From Chrysomallon squamiferum (Eukaryota > Animalia > Mollusca): a stretch of 64,000 nucleotides of DNA. Shown one piece after another: positions 1-56,915 of this stretch. The position numbers and the translations under genes were made by a program. The notes beneath the pieces were generated by a model. That model was not told where the DNA came from and did not search any database. It saw only the letters and a program-made list of their open reading frames with translations. Where the stretch lies: assembly GCA_012295275.1 (NCBI GenBank), contig CM022667.1:19220001-19284000 (forward strand), written 5' to 3'. How positions within the stretch are numbered: position 1 is the stretch's first letter; each line of letters opens with the position of its first letter.

Positions 1-394
1 TTTGTTTTGTTTTGTTTTTTTCCATATCAATTCTGTTTTTGCATTGTTTCTGTAATAAATCTTCATTCTAAAGATCGATTTACGAAACTGAAGACGTTAC
101 CTCGTTTCTGATTAATTATTTATTCCTGTAAACAAACTAGGGTGTGTTGTTTTTATTTACTGTAAGACGCACATGCGACGCTGCCTGAACGGATATTAAA
201 CAAACCAATCAACGCAAGTCAGTGAACGCATTATAAAACTGCCGACTCCAGTTGACTGAGTTCTTCAGTTCGTTTTTCTGGCGTTCTTCTAAGCCTCGCG
301 TGTATCAAATAACAGCACAGAAACTGTCAGCTGAACGACAGAGAGTGCATGTTGCATATGTGTGCACTGATGTATTTAAGTATGAATATATGTG

Positions 395-431
<37 letters not shown>

Positions 432-439
432 TCTCTCTC

Positions 440-471
<32 letters not shown>

Positions 472-616
472 CAGAGAGACAGAGAGAGAAAGAAAGAGAG
501 AGAGATAAACGTACGTACGTTCGTATGTACCTACGTATTTATGTACGTAGGTACATACAAACAAAATAGTCATTCCTAACATGTCTCTTAGGAATGACTA
601 TTTTGTTGTCTGATGT

Positions 617-779
617 ATGTCTGATTAGACTCTGCACACAGACAATTTTCGGTAACGCACTGACACTGGAGGACGAAGTCCAATCAAAATCTTACAAACG
701 TCAGATGCCGCTGACGAGATTCGAACGCATGACACCCATTTATCCGCCGACTACGACCATACTACTTGGCCACCGAGAC
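617..779 (-). mobile_element. tRNA-derived SINE copy
   Basis: Minus strand reads GTCTCGGTGGCCAAGTAG (A-box-like)...GCGTTCGAATCTC (B-box), then a body shared with 8065-8200 (gtctgattagact..gacaat..cgcactg..ggaggac..agtccaatca..cgtcagatgccgctga..tcgaac). Confidence 0.7.
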
Positions 780-799
780 AAATATTCCATAATGTATGA

Positions 800-838
<39 letters not shown>

Positions 839-1284
839 AGTGTGTATTTTTTTTTTTGTAGGTACGTATGTATCTGTGTGTGTATGTATGTGTGTGAGTG
901 CATATACGTGTTTGCCTGTCTGTATATGTCTGTCAATCTGTCTGTCTGCATGCATGTTTGACGTATCTACTTACACACCTAGCTAGATGTGGTGACAATG
1001 ATACAGACACCTGATACTGGTTCAATTACTATTAAACACAATTCTGTATCACTCAACGCGCTGCTGCGCACAACTGATGTGTCGTATCGGTTTATTTCGG
1101 TCAGTTTCAAATTATAGATTGTGACCAGTTCAGGTGTTTGTTGGTGAAACTGTCATTCAGCTACAGATTAGCGACCAGAAGGCAGAAGACAAAGAACCAG
1201 ACACTGATGAGTTAGAATTGTAAAAATGTACAGATGCAAACTTAGTACTACGTTAGCCACACAGAACGGTCAGTTAAAAAATAT

Positions 1285-1630
1285 CAACATATCAATCATA
1301 CAGAATTGTTCATTTATGTTTTACAGTTATAAAAGATTTAAACTATCAGTGAGATAGAATTGTACATATACGTTTTACAGTTATAAAATATTAACACATC
1401 AGTCACACAGAAATAGACATTTACGTTTTACATTTATAAAATATTTAACATATCAGTCATTTGGACATTTATTTTACAGTTATAAAATATTAATATATCA
1501 ATTACAACTAGCTTTGTGTTTACATTTTACAGTTATAAACTATTAACATATCAGCCGCATTTCACGTTTTACAGTTATAAAATATTAGCACATCAATCAT
1601 ACAGAAGAATATATTTATGTTTTAGAATTC
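1285..1630. repeat. Degenerate ~45-55-bp tandem repeat
   Basis: Recurrent TTTTACAGTTATAAAATATTAACATATCAG core, ~6 copies. Confidence 0.8.
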
Positions 1631-1678
1631 ACTAATACATCAATATTAATGTTTTACTGTTGAATAAAAAAAGAGAAG

Positions 1679-1795
1679 CTACAGATGTACATTCAGTAAT
1701 TGTACATTCATGTCTCAGAGTTCTGAAATACTACAGATGTACATTCAGTGATTGTACATTCATGTCTCAGAGTTCTAAAATACTACAGATGTACT
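1679..1795. repeat. 52-bp tandem duplication (~2.2 copies)
   Basis: CTACAGATGTACATTCAGT.ATTGTACATTCATGTCTCAGAGTTCT at 1679 and 1731, partial third copy at 1783. Confidence 0.9.
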
Positions 1796-2444
1796 CACTA
1801 ATAGATCAGTCATAAAGAACAAGTTCGAAATGGTGAAATGTCGGGTGCACCTGTGTGAATGATGTGTTTTTCAAATAGAGAATTGGTCACAATTACACAG
1901 ACGAAGTTATGAGGAAAGCGACACAGAATCAATATCATAGACAAACGAGACAACCAGATCGAGTCCTTAAATACAACGGAATAGTAAAAATGCCCCCATT
2001 TTCTCGAACCGGCTGATCCCATTTTTCGTTTTCCAGCCAAAGTAGTAAGATGTTTACATTGCAAAACTCGTACTGAAATCATCTCTTTACGCTTTTGTCT
2101 TCGGTTAGTTTAGAGACAATGTCGTCCGACGTTATTCAGTCAAATTTTCAAAATCTTTAAATCTCTGTTTTAGGATATGAAAAGAAGGAAGAAAAGATTT
2201 TTGAAATGTTTCACACTTAGTAAAACTGAGACAAAAGTGATTATAACAGACAGGGGGATTTGCTAGGGAGGCAAGAGCGATTCCATTGTGTTAACTACGT
2301 TAATAAAAGGCTCAAATTGGCTTTCTGAAGAAGTGTATGATTTCAGAAAAAGTAGAAGCTGTTTAAGACATTCTGGGATTCTTTTTTAAATAGAAAAGCA
2401 TCCACTGTTTAAATCTTGTCTTCAATAATTAATCGTTCTGAAGA

Positions 2445-2576
<132 letters not shown>

Positions 2577-3814
2577 TTTATTTTTAAATAAGAAAGCCAT
2601 TTATATATTTACGTGACAGATACATAAATAAAATTGTATATCACTGGTCAAGTCTGCAGTTAGTAAAAGTCTTAATTTATCATCGTTGCCAACATTTCAT
2701 TTGTCCATCATCTTCACCATCTTCACCATGATCTTGTAATTATTGTCGTTTCCAGCATCAGCTCATAATCATGATAACACAATTCATTAACAGCATCATC
2801 ATTTCATTTCACAACGCTGTTGTAATTATGAACATAAACACATTATCCGAATCAGCAGGAAATTGGCTTTGTTTGAAACGATACCAGACAACTCGATATC
2901 CCAGAGCTACTTTCAACCTTCGATAATTTTTCATGCGTTTTCGTTTCAGTTTCATATTGATTTTAATTACGAACGGTGAGTGTTCTGTGTCCGGTGTTGA
3001 AACCTACCTGAACCAGCAGTGTCAACAACAAAAAGTTTTGTTTCGTGTTTCCTTACCTCGTTTATTTTGTCAAGTGTGTCATGGTGACAAATGCGAAATT
3101 CAGTCGAGTGGTTGATATCAGTTTTTGACATTTGTCGTTTGTCGCATAAAAACTGGAAAAAATTAATAATATTAGATGGGATTCTAATTTTTGAATTATT
3201 TTTATTATTTGGAGCAAACTGTTGTTTTGAATGCACGTTTCTGTCTACAAGGATGCGCGGAAGTGTCCTGTAATTATGCTCTGAATAAAAGATTCTTTCG
3301 TTAAAAGAATAAAACACTGTTGTATTTCTCGTAAATCTCTCAAAATGGTTTAAAAACTGTAATTTGCAGAATTTTATTTAGCATTTTGTAAAAAATAATT
3401 TAAACATCTTGGTCAATATGATGATGATCGTAATGATAATGATTATGATAATTATAATTATAATATTGATGATAATGAATTGGTAAAGAAGTTCTAAATG
3501 ATGTTAGCGTGATGATGATGAGACACTGATGATGTACATAATTTCCAAGGAATGCTGATGATAACTATTCATACAGATAACGATGATTATGATGACAGTA
3601 ATGCTGTTGCTATGCTGTCGATAATAATGTTTATCTTAATCACAATGATGAATATAATATCTCGATGAATGCTGATGATACAAAATCATGATGATATTAA
3701 TAAAGTTGATGCTGAGGAGATTATATCGAAATAGACCACTACTGCCGATTATCATGTGATAATTATCATGGTGACAAGTGATTTTATGATGTTAACGAAG
3801 ACTGAATACAAATA

Positions 3815-4349
3815 CAGTGGTACCTGTCTACAGCGGCCACATACGATGAACGGACACATTTCCGAGTCTCGATTGTTTTTCAGTAGATATGTCCTTTAGA
3901 TCAGTGGACACCTACTGAACGCGGACTCAACCAACATTTATTATTATTATTATTCCACCTGCTAAAACGGACAGTCATACCGATTTGGACTTGTTTTTGT
4001 CCAAAATAAACAATTTTGTTAGTGTTCGGCAGCTTTATATGATATTTTTCTTTACAAATGGCGTCACCCATTTCTTGCACTGCGCAGTGCATGCTGGGAG
4101 TGCCGTTTTCTGCCGAATCACAAAAAAAGCCCGCGAACTGAAATCGCCAAACCACGCGAAATATTTGCAACTGTATTTTACGAGAGAGCCGTTCTGTCAA
4201 TGCTATGTTTGTTTTGGGTACTGGTGTTATGGATGTGAATAAAGATTGTAAATACGTAATCTGTGTCCCTCTGTTGAGAGGACACCTGCAATGCAGGGAC
4301 ACGTTGGCTCGGGCCCCAAGCGTGTCCGTACAAGGTGTCTCTACCACTG
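3815..4349. mobile_element. Non-autonomous Tc1/mariner-pogo-type MITE
   Basis: TA-CAGTGGTA...TACCACTG-TA: terminal inverted repeat with TA target-site duplication; subterminal GGACAC/GTGTCC motifs repeated in opposite orientation near the two ends; no transposase ORF. Confidence 0.7.
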
Positions 4350-4700
4350 TACTAGACAAATTAAAGTACATAATCGTAAAAAGGCTTGCAGAAACTCCTT
4401 TGTCCGCACTCTCTATATTTAGACAGGTTAATTCGTACGTGGGATGTGACTATAGAAACTATTTAGATAAATAAAATAGCGTAAATCAATTTTCATCGCA
4501 GTCTAAATGTAAAAATGATAACAATGACTCCCCCACCCAAGAATTAACTATAATTATTATAAGTGTCAAAATAAACTGGCTTTATCTCACCTTTGTTTAT
4601 CACTAGATGCTTATAACAGTTACTAAGTATTTCTTAATGGAACGTTAATTCTTTTATAATTTTATATATCAGTCTGTTTAAGCACGTGTGTATATATATA

Positions 4701-4794
<94 letters not shown>

Positions 4795-5960
4795 TGTTTA
4801 AACAGACTGGTATTACACTAGGTTACGTTAAATATACATCATACATTAAAATTCGCAAATCGAACATCTACAAAAAAAAATATAATCGTGTTAAATATTG
4901 TAACAACAGCGACAACACCAACAAAGACAACATGTCAAGGGCAAAGAAAAAAATGTGCCAAGTGACACATAAAAAAATCATTGTATTTACAATCAAAACA
5001 CCTTGAATGTTATTTTTTTTTCATCTTCTTTTATTGATTTTATCAGATTTTCACATTTCTCATGTTTCTCAGTTTGCTGTTTTTACACGAATTATTTTAT
5101 TATTCTTTTTTTTTTTTTTTCTTTTTTTTTGATAAAGAATGAAAACATGTTTGTGTGTAAAAAAAATAATTGTTTTCTGTTGTTGATTTTATCATGTCAG
5201 TTCTCATATTACTTAAATTTATATTTTAGTTATTTTATCTATCTGTTGTCTGTCCATTTATCTATTCATCTGTCTGTCTGTCTATCTATCCATCTATCTA
5301 TCTATATACATGTCCACACACACACACACGTGTATGATATATATATATATATATATATATATGATCCCTGGCTATATGCTACTACTGCTACCATCACTGC
5401 TTTACTACTACTACTGCTATTGCTAGATTATTATTGTTGTTGTTGTTGTCGTCGTCGTTTATTATTATTTGTGTTTCAGGTATTTAACTAAACTTAATTA
5501 TTATTACAAATATATTAATCTTTGACTTTCTTTTACAAACTCAAAGGAGTTTAATAACTTCACGCCAGTAAAAAAAGAAATCAAGAAACAAGTAACTATG
5601 ATTTAAATGAAATATAATTAAAATATATATATATATATATTAAAATAAAATAATAAATAAAATAATTTAAAAAGATTTTTTTTTAAATTAATTAAAAATA
5701 AATAAAACGAAATAGAAATAAATAAAATAAAATAAAATAAAATAACAATAACAATAAAAAAAAATTAAATTAAAAAAATTAAAAACTAAATTTTTTTTAA
5801 AGTATAACCTTCAAGGCTCATTGAAAAAAAAAAAAAAAAACACCAAAAAATCAAAACGAAATGTTAATGAACTGTATTTATAAAATGATTTCAGATCGAG
5901 AAACCTTGAGATGTTTCACCTGCGACCACACCCAGTCTGCGGCGACCCCACCTGTCAACA

Positions 5961-34151
<28,191 letters not shown>

Positions 34152-34350
34152 CAACAAAAAAAATAAAAAAAAAAGAGAAGGATATTCCATTTAAATTATT
34201 CGTTAACATGAACAATTCACAAAAATAATACTTGAGTTATTGGAATAACTGGAAATTTGTAACATATTAATTCTTAGAAAAACATCCGATGTTTTTGTTT
34301 CATTGTGTTGTGTTTAATTTTATTACAATCTTTATCATTATCATTATCGC

Positions 34351-34445
<95 letters not shown>

Positions 34446-34732
34446 TACTACTACTATTTTCTTGTTTTTTGTTAATTACTATCTATAACTCAAACCTAGA
34501 ATACTAATCAAAATGTGATACGGCTTTTATGACGTCACTGATATATGCAAATATGAATATTTATGCATTGCAGTGTGCTATTCTTAGTAACGCGTAATGC
34601 TGTTGTACGTTAACGTATGTGATGCATTGCGATATAACACAATGTGATAAACCAGTTACTGGTGCGTAATTATGACGTAATATTATAATTAACTACGTGT
34701 TGTTACTATTTTTGTAAGCAGTGTTACTCTGT

Positions 34733-34738
34733 AATAAA
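34733..34738 (+). promoter_or_regulatory. Candidate polyadenylation signal of gene 1
   Basis: AATAAA ~580 nt after the stop codon, followed by a T-rich stretch. Confidence 0.4.
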
Positions 34739-35448
34739 TAACTGTTATATAGTTATCGTTTTATTTTATTTTTTTCTTCTTTTTTTAAAATTGTCTTTAC
34801 TATTTATTTATTTATTTTATTAGTAGTATTTTTTAAAGTCTAAATTATCCGATGAAGATAAAGAAAAAGAAAATGAGGATGATAAACACGATGGTAAAAA
34901 TTAACGTCATCTCCACCTTTGTGTTATGTTTGTGGATTTCTCTGTCCATATGAATGTATGTGCATATTAAAATGATGAATAATATATATATATCTTTAGA
35001 AACGCAGCAACAGGTTTTAATATGAAAGATCATTAAATTTCAAGAACTATTTAATCGTCATCATCTTCATCATTATTATTATCATTTGGTGTCATTACTA
35101 CAAATACATATTTTATCTTTCCAAAAGATACCCAAAATCGATACGTATTCTTAAAATTATTATTCTTTCTATAAGAACAGAAAGTCATTTGTTTTCTGTC
35201 TCAAATCTGCACTGTTCTACACTGTGTATAAACAGGTGTGATTAGATTTTAGTGTATATTTAACTTGATCAATGTACATGTGTGTAAGGTTGGCTATTTT
35301 GTTGGTTGTTGTCGCCATGGGCACATTACCTTCCCTACTCCAGCTGACGGTCATAGAAATGTCCAGTTATTTCATTTCCAATTTTATTGTCATTAGAGAA
35401 AAAATAAATTATCATATTATCAAAACATTTTAAATACATTAAGTATTT

Positions 35449-35544
<96 letters not shown>

Positions 35545-35824
35545 TATTTATTAACTTAACATTTCCCCTTCATAGTTGGAAGATTTCAAACACAAGATGT
35601 CCGCCCTCAGCGACTGATTATTTTGACGGTACCTAAAGCAAGATGCAACACAAATTTACATACATTACGTACGCGCATGTCGGAGGTTTTGAAAGCACCA
35701 TATCAATAATTTCTCACCTGCACTGATTCAGACAAAAATCATCTTTATTAACATAATTAAAATAACAACAAAAAAAAAAAAAAACCCACAGCCATACTAA
35801 TTTGTTCTACATTCCGAGCGGTTG

Positions 35825-42893
<7,069 letters not shown>

Positions 42894-44162
42894 CCCAGTA
42901 AAAAATCTGTAAATTAGACAAATATTTGTCATAGCAAAACAAAACAAAATGTTACATTAAAATAATAATAATAATACGAAGAAGAAGAAGAAGAAGAAGA
43001 AGAAAATAAATAAATAACAACAAAAAACATAAGAAGTCAGCAGTTTTGTTTTCCAATTTTAAAATATATTAAAATTAATAGTTATTATTACATTAATCAA
43101 ATGTATGTGTGTGTGTGTGTTAAAAAAAAACGAAAACGAAAACTCTGAAAAAAAAATTAAAAATTATAATTGAACAAATAAAAAGAAAAGAAAAAAGAAA
43201 AAACGATTATATGAAAACAGAAACACGGTTAAACCATCCAAAGACTTTTTTTTTTTTTTTTTTTTTCTTAACGACGAAAACGAAAAATATTTTATATGTA
43301 GTTTTCAGCAGATAATAAACAACATACCTAGGTATTGAAAGAGTAATAATGTGCTAAGCATTAACTAAAGAGGAGTGTTGGAAAAACCAAAACCCCGCCT
43401 TTCAAACACATCTGGTCGCTTTTCTTTTGTCAGTGACGTCAATCGTTTATTGACGTACTATTTATTTGGCGCCCTATCGTTAAGTGAAATCAACGTACGT
43501 ATTGTAGCAACAGTCCATCCTTGTTTTGTGTTATTATATTTAGAAAAAAAAAAAAAAAAATTATAATTAAATAAAAAAATAAAACATTTTAGAACAACAT
43601 TGGAAATCTCAGATATTAAATAGTGGGAACTGCCAACGATTAACGATACGAACTTGCCTCCTTGCAGCAGATTTCACATTACGTCAATAATCGACTGACG
43701 TCATTCAAAGCTTCCAGCGACTGCAGGTATTTCAAATTAGAGAGAAAAAAAAAAAGCGGGGAAACTGTTGCTAGGTAAGTATTTTCCATAATTCCAACTA
43801 TGCAGAATTTATCACCGATGTAGACATCACCCAAATGATTAGACTTAGAGGACATGTTTTGGGAGTGATACACTGCAGGATATATTATCATTCCCACTTA
43901 GTTAATTTCAGCCAATATTTGATATAACAGAATAAGACATAGAGCATAAAATCAGTAATAATGACATAGATGACACTAAATTATATATATATATAGATAC
44001 ATTAAGCTTCTATCAGTGCTTTGTTTTCTTCTTTCTCGCTGTTATCAAAGACTGTAGTATGTTTCCTTGACAATGTGAAAGTGCATAAAAAAAATGATCC
44101 ATTGCTAGAGTAATCCATTTGGAAGCAGCGATTTTACTCTGTAATACTATAATAATGGCTGT

Positions 44163-44193
<31 letters not shown>

Positions 44194-45229
44194 AAGAAGA
44201 AGAAGAAGAAGAAGAAATTTTATTATTATTATTGTTATGGTGATAAATAAATCAATCAATCCAATAATGGTGACATTAAAAAATATTAATTCGTTCATTC
44301 GCTGATCATAACATGGGGTCTGGCATATAAAATATCTTGCTACCATGTGATACAAATAGCCTTGAGACGGCGGTACATAAACCGAGTGATTATGTTTTAT
44401 GGCCCTTACACACCAGATGCGATTTTCGCGGCGAATATCGCAGCTATTTTCGCCGAATTATAGAAACCACGCTCATTTTCAGGCTTTTATTACAAACGCA
44501 GTTAACGCTACGATTTATCAATCTACGTTTGGAAATAAAAACTACGTTATCACTGACGAAATCGCGTGCTATATATAGAATTTGACGTCATACACACACA
44601 ATCGTGATGTGATATCTCTCCATCTGGATGTCGTCTTGCAAAAAGAAAAAGGCATTATTATTCATGCACAAAAATATGAAATACTTTACAGCAAAACTGT
44701 ACCATAAAGATTATGGGGAACATGAAAATATTATTAAACCGTACGGAAAGTATGATAATTATAATTATAACGGTCATTATTTTATAAATATAAATATTAA
44801 TACGACTCACAAATTCATTTTTGTTACATCTTAATTTTAATGGGAATATTATTTCGAATATATACGTATTTGTGAAATCGCACTGAAAGACGTAACTGAA
44901 AATAACGTTCGGTGCACAAGAACTGCTACACCGGTAAAGCAGAGAAAATGGCGGCGATGTGACAAACGCCCGCGTCTGGGTTGCAAAGTCCTTACACTTA
45001 ACAACAATGTTGTCAGAACGGGTTTCTTGTCGAGATAAACGAGTGTCAGCTAACGCTGATACAGCAAGACTGTAGCAGGTCAGGAATAGAAAAGTGCAGT
45101 ACGCTGCAGATCTAAGATAAAAGTGAAATTTTCTATTAATGTATCACATTACTGGGTCGGCATGAGTTATTTTAGGAACCTTGCGTTACGTTAAAGGGTA
45201 AAAATCTTCTATTAAAGATTTATATTTAA

Positions 45230-45800
45230 ATTATTGTTGTTGTTGTTATTGTTGTTATTGTTTATGTGATTCTTGTTGTTACGGTTATTTTTTTTTATTG
45301 TTTTTAAAGTTATAGTTGTTATTGCTACTATTGCTACTTAGTATTGTTATTATTCCTATTGTTATTGTTATTTATATTTTTGGTTTTATTAATGTTATTG
45401 TTATTATTGTTACTAAAGTTATTGCTATATTGTTATTCTAATTATTGGGGATTTTTTGGTTCTTGTTATTTTTGTCGTTATTGTTATTATTATTGTTAAT
45501 TGTTATGTTATTGTTATAAAAATTACTGCTATTGTTGTTATTGATCTTATTAATGTTGTGTTGTTGATGTTACTGTTATAAATGTCGTTATTGTTTATTA
45601 TTGTTATTAAAGATACTGTTATTTTGCTATTGTTATTGTTGTTATATTTGTTATTCTGTTTTTATTATTGTCATTAGTGTTATTATTATTAGTTTGTTTT
45701 TATTCTTATTGTTGTTATTCCTGTTATTGTTGTTGCTATTTTTATTGTTATTATTGTTGTTGCTATTGTTATTATAATTATTAAAGTTACTGCTATTATT
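45230..45800. repeat. Degenerate (TTG/TTA)n low-complexity tract
   Basis: Continuous TTGTTA-type triplets. Confidence 0.85.
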
Positions 45801-47472
45801 ATGGCGTTTTCCCTTGTTGCTTAAACCAGTACTTCTATAAATAAACACACGCTGGTTGATTTCATTCAGTTCAAGAAGCGATAAAACGGTCATAACAACA
45901 AATGAAAAGGGTAGATAATTATGGAAAACGCGCGGACTTCGACCTTTCAGTGTTAGTTTGCAAAAGTTTTCATTGTCCCCCACGTGTTACGAGCACGCAA
46001 ACATCGGTGTACGACAATGTGTTAAAATAAAGAGAACAAGTAATTAAATTTAAACCACGTGTTGTTCGACGTCTGCCAATCAATAGCTACATGTAACATG
46101 TTTTCGTGTACCACAACAATACGTCTATAGAAACACTGTTTAATTATGTGAAAATGTCGTACGAATTAAAATGGAGCACAGAAATGTATCAGGTCAGTAA
46201 CGTCGGTATAGCTGGGAAAAAAAAAAAAAAAAAACTTTTACACGCTAATTTTATTTAATAAATTAAAAATTGTTTCATTAACGTTGTTGACTCCATGATA
46301 TCTATTTCTTAGAAATTAATTTTAGAAATATTTAGAATCGATAATATGTAAGTAATAAATAATCAATACACAAGACTGACAATTTAGAAGAAGAAAAGAA
46401 TAATAATGTTAATAAAAATTAATAGGTGAAATAAGAGAACAAAAACTAAATGAACCAAATGATTATCGGCGCATCACATCAAAACATGAACCTAGATGAT
46501 ACTTTAAAGAATACCAAATGATTCTTACCTTGTAATTCCAAGGGGAGAAAAAAATATATATACAAAACAGGAAACGTTCTGGAATAACCTATTTCCAGAA
46601 CGTCGAAGGTGACATTATGGTCTTGTCCATACTTCTCATTCTCTACGTGATTCGTCACGTCCCCTTCCCCGGCACGCGTCCGTTTAGCCGGGAACCGTTA
46701 ACGTAATTCGTCCGGCTCCGTGTTTTTTGACGTGTTGCTTACTGCCCACGAGCTCTGCCGTGCTAGCCACAGTTCGCTTGTTAGTCTCGTGTGATTGGTC
46801 ACAGACTCAGGGGAGGCGAGCGGGCGGGCGGGCGACTGGTGGGTGTCCGTAAAAAAACCAAAAAAAACCCCTAGATTTCGTGTAGTTATAAGCTACCTCT
46901 GTTTGTGGATGTGGGTTTTTGTGTAAGGAAGGATACTAGATATTACATTGAGTTATGTCAGTCTATTGTTGTAATATTTATCAGTTATTTCTTCTGATGT
47001 GTTGCTAATTTTTACAGGCACCTCTCAGTATGGTTTGTGCTGTCTTGAAGAGTAAATAACTATTTTAGAATTAATCTTTAAACATCACTGATTGTTTGGT
47101 AAGTGTTATCTTGTTAGAAATATTAATATATTAATAAATAAATAAATAAATATAATATTTAAAAATTTAAACTAATGGCATAGGTATATATATATTATTG
47201 TAGTATTTAAATTGATATACTTGCACAAAATTAGGATCATCAATATGGCACATTAATTTATAAACACAGATTTCCTTAAATATGAACTTCCTCTCTGTAT
47301 TTCTCTCTGTGTCTGTCTCTCTGTCACGCACATACACACTCGCACGCACACACACACACACATATATGCTGCATTTCCAATGAAATTAGTGAACAAACAC
47401 TTCATTTCTCTGGAAAGTATTTTAAAATTATTAAACAACAAACAAAATAAAATGGCACCAGCATATATAATT

Positions 47473-54554
<7,082 letters not shown>

Positions 54555-55306
54555 AGCGTCTAATGTTTATGTCTAAAATAGAAAAACAAATAATAATAAT
54601 AATAAAAATCATTGTTAATTATAACCTTTAGCTAAGCATTCTTTCGTCTATATATATGACGTCTTGGGTTTTTAAATGACTTTATTGTCAAGAATACCAT
54701 GTTTTAAAATAAGTAGGCCTATTTGACTTGTACGGACATTTTAGATATTTATTACAATGACAAGTTTGTTTATATGATGAAATAACATCAGCGTTCAGGG
54801 AGAGATTATGAGATAGTGACACTGATTCCAATAGAAGAGCTTTGTAAATAAAAATACAGACGAATAACGGAGACCTTGTTTATCTGAAAGCGGAATTAAC
54901 AAGGGCAGGCGAACGGAAAATCCAAATCAATGGTCAATTCTGTCTTATCTGTGGGAAAGTGCATGTTAAAAGAAATCCACAGTAGTCAATAGAAAAATGT
55001 AATCGGTTTTCTTTAAGTTAACCAACAGACGATTATTGAAGATTAATCAATAAACAAAAATTAATAACACGTGCATGCATAATGATGTTTATGATAACAC
55101 ATGCGCGCGCACCCATAAATACATATATACATATACACAGATATATGGAAATGCAAAAACAATGGTATTTTAGAATATTGTCTCTTTTAATAAGCTAATA
55201 CACTGTATTGCTAATAATTAATAATATTTATAATCAAGGACATTGTTAATATAGATATATCAGTTAGATTGGGAAATAACATGACTCAAAGATCCTGTTA
55301 AACATA

Positions 55307-56599
55307 AATGTCTGGTATATACAGTATTCTACCATTGTTTAACACAAGTGGCTGGTATACACAGTATTCTACTACAGTTTTACACAAGTGGCCTGTGTAC
55401 ACAATATTTTACTATTGTTTTACACAAGTGGCTGGTATACATCGTATTCTACTATTGTTTTACACAAGTGGCCTGTATACATACTATTATAATATTCTTT
55501 TACACAAGTGGCTGGTATACACAGTATTCTACTACAGTTTAATACAAATGACTGGTATACACAGTATTCTACTATTGTTTAACACAAGTGGCTGGTATAC
55601 ACAGTATTCTACTATTGTTTTACACAAGTGGCTGGTATACACAGTATTCTACTATTGTTTAACACAAGTGGCTGGTATACACAGTATTCTAGTACTGTTT
55701 AATACAAGTGACTGGTATACACAGTATTCTACTATTGTTTAACACAAGTGGCTGGTATACATAGTATTATACTATTGTTTTACACAAGTGGCTGGTTTAC
55801 ACAGTATTCTACTATTGTTTAACACAAGTGGCTGGTATACACAGTATTCTACTATTGTTTAACACAAGTGGCTGGTATACACAGTGTTCTACTATTGTTT
55901 AACACAAGTGGCTGGTATACACAGTATTCTAGTACTGTTTAACACAAGTGACTGGTATACACAGTATTCTACTATTGTTTAACACAAGTGGCTGGTATAC
56001 ACAGTATTCTAGTATTGTTTAACACAAATGACTGGCATACACAGTATTCTACTACTGTTTAACACAAGTGACTGGTATACACAGTGTTCTACTATTGTTT
56101 AACACAAGTGGCTGGTATACACAGTGTTCTAGTACTGTTTAACACAAATGACTGGTATACACAGTGTTCTACTATTGTTTAACACAAGTGACTGGTATAC
56201 ACAGTGTTCTACTATTGTTTAACACAAGTGACTGGTATACACAGTGTTCTACTATTGTTTAACACAAGTGACTGGTATACACAGTATTCTACTATTGTTT
56301 AACACAAGTGGCTGGTATACACAGTGTTCTACTATTGTTTAACACAAGTGGCTGGTATACACAGTATTCTAGTATGGTTTAACACAAGTGGCTGGTATAC
56401 ACAGTATTCTACTATTGTTTAACACATGTGGCTGGTATACACAGTATGCTGGTATTGTTTAACACAAGTGGCTCGTATACCCAGTGTTCTACTACTGTTT
56501 AACACAAGTGGCTGGTATACACAGTATGCTACTATTGTTTAACACAAGTGGCTGGTATACACAGTGTTCTACTACTGTTTAACACAAGTGGCTGGTATC
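55307..56599. repeat. 40-bp minisatellite, ~32 copies
   Basis: Unit AACACAAGTGGCTGGTATACACAGTATTCTACTATTGTTT repeated head-to-tail at exactly 40-bp spacing. Confidence 0.97.
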
Positions 56600-56749
56600 T
56601 GTGATGAGATCAGTAAGGAGGTCGAGTGCACACTTAAAGTAACAAGTCGTGTTTCCGCAGTGTTGAACTAAAACCAGTTTTCTCTAAGTTGTACACTGAA
56701 TTATCACGTCATGTTTTGTTAACTGAATGTCTTGTTAGCCATCTTTTCT

Positions 56750-56805
<56 letters not shown>

Positions 56806-56866
56806 CGCCTTCTTTTTGTATCAACGTGGCAGTGGTAGTAACATTAACAACAACAACAACAACAAC

Positions 56867-56915
<49 letters not shown>

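Noticed and set aside
700-779. Functional tRNA gene
   Set aside because: Has A/B boxes but no convincing cloverleaf, and continues into a body shared with another copy, so it is a SINE head
3901-4474. ORFs inside the MITE as a transposase
   Set aside because: Short, with no DDE/D or HTH motifs
55307-56599. CRISPR-like regular array
   Set aside because: Units are contiguous with no unique spacers, there are no cas genes, and the context is eukaryotic; this is a minisatellite
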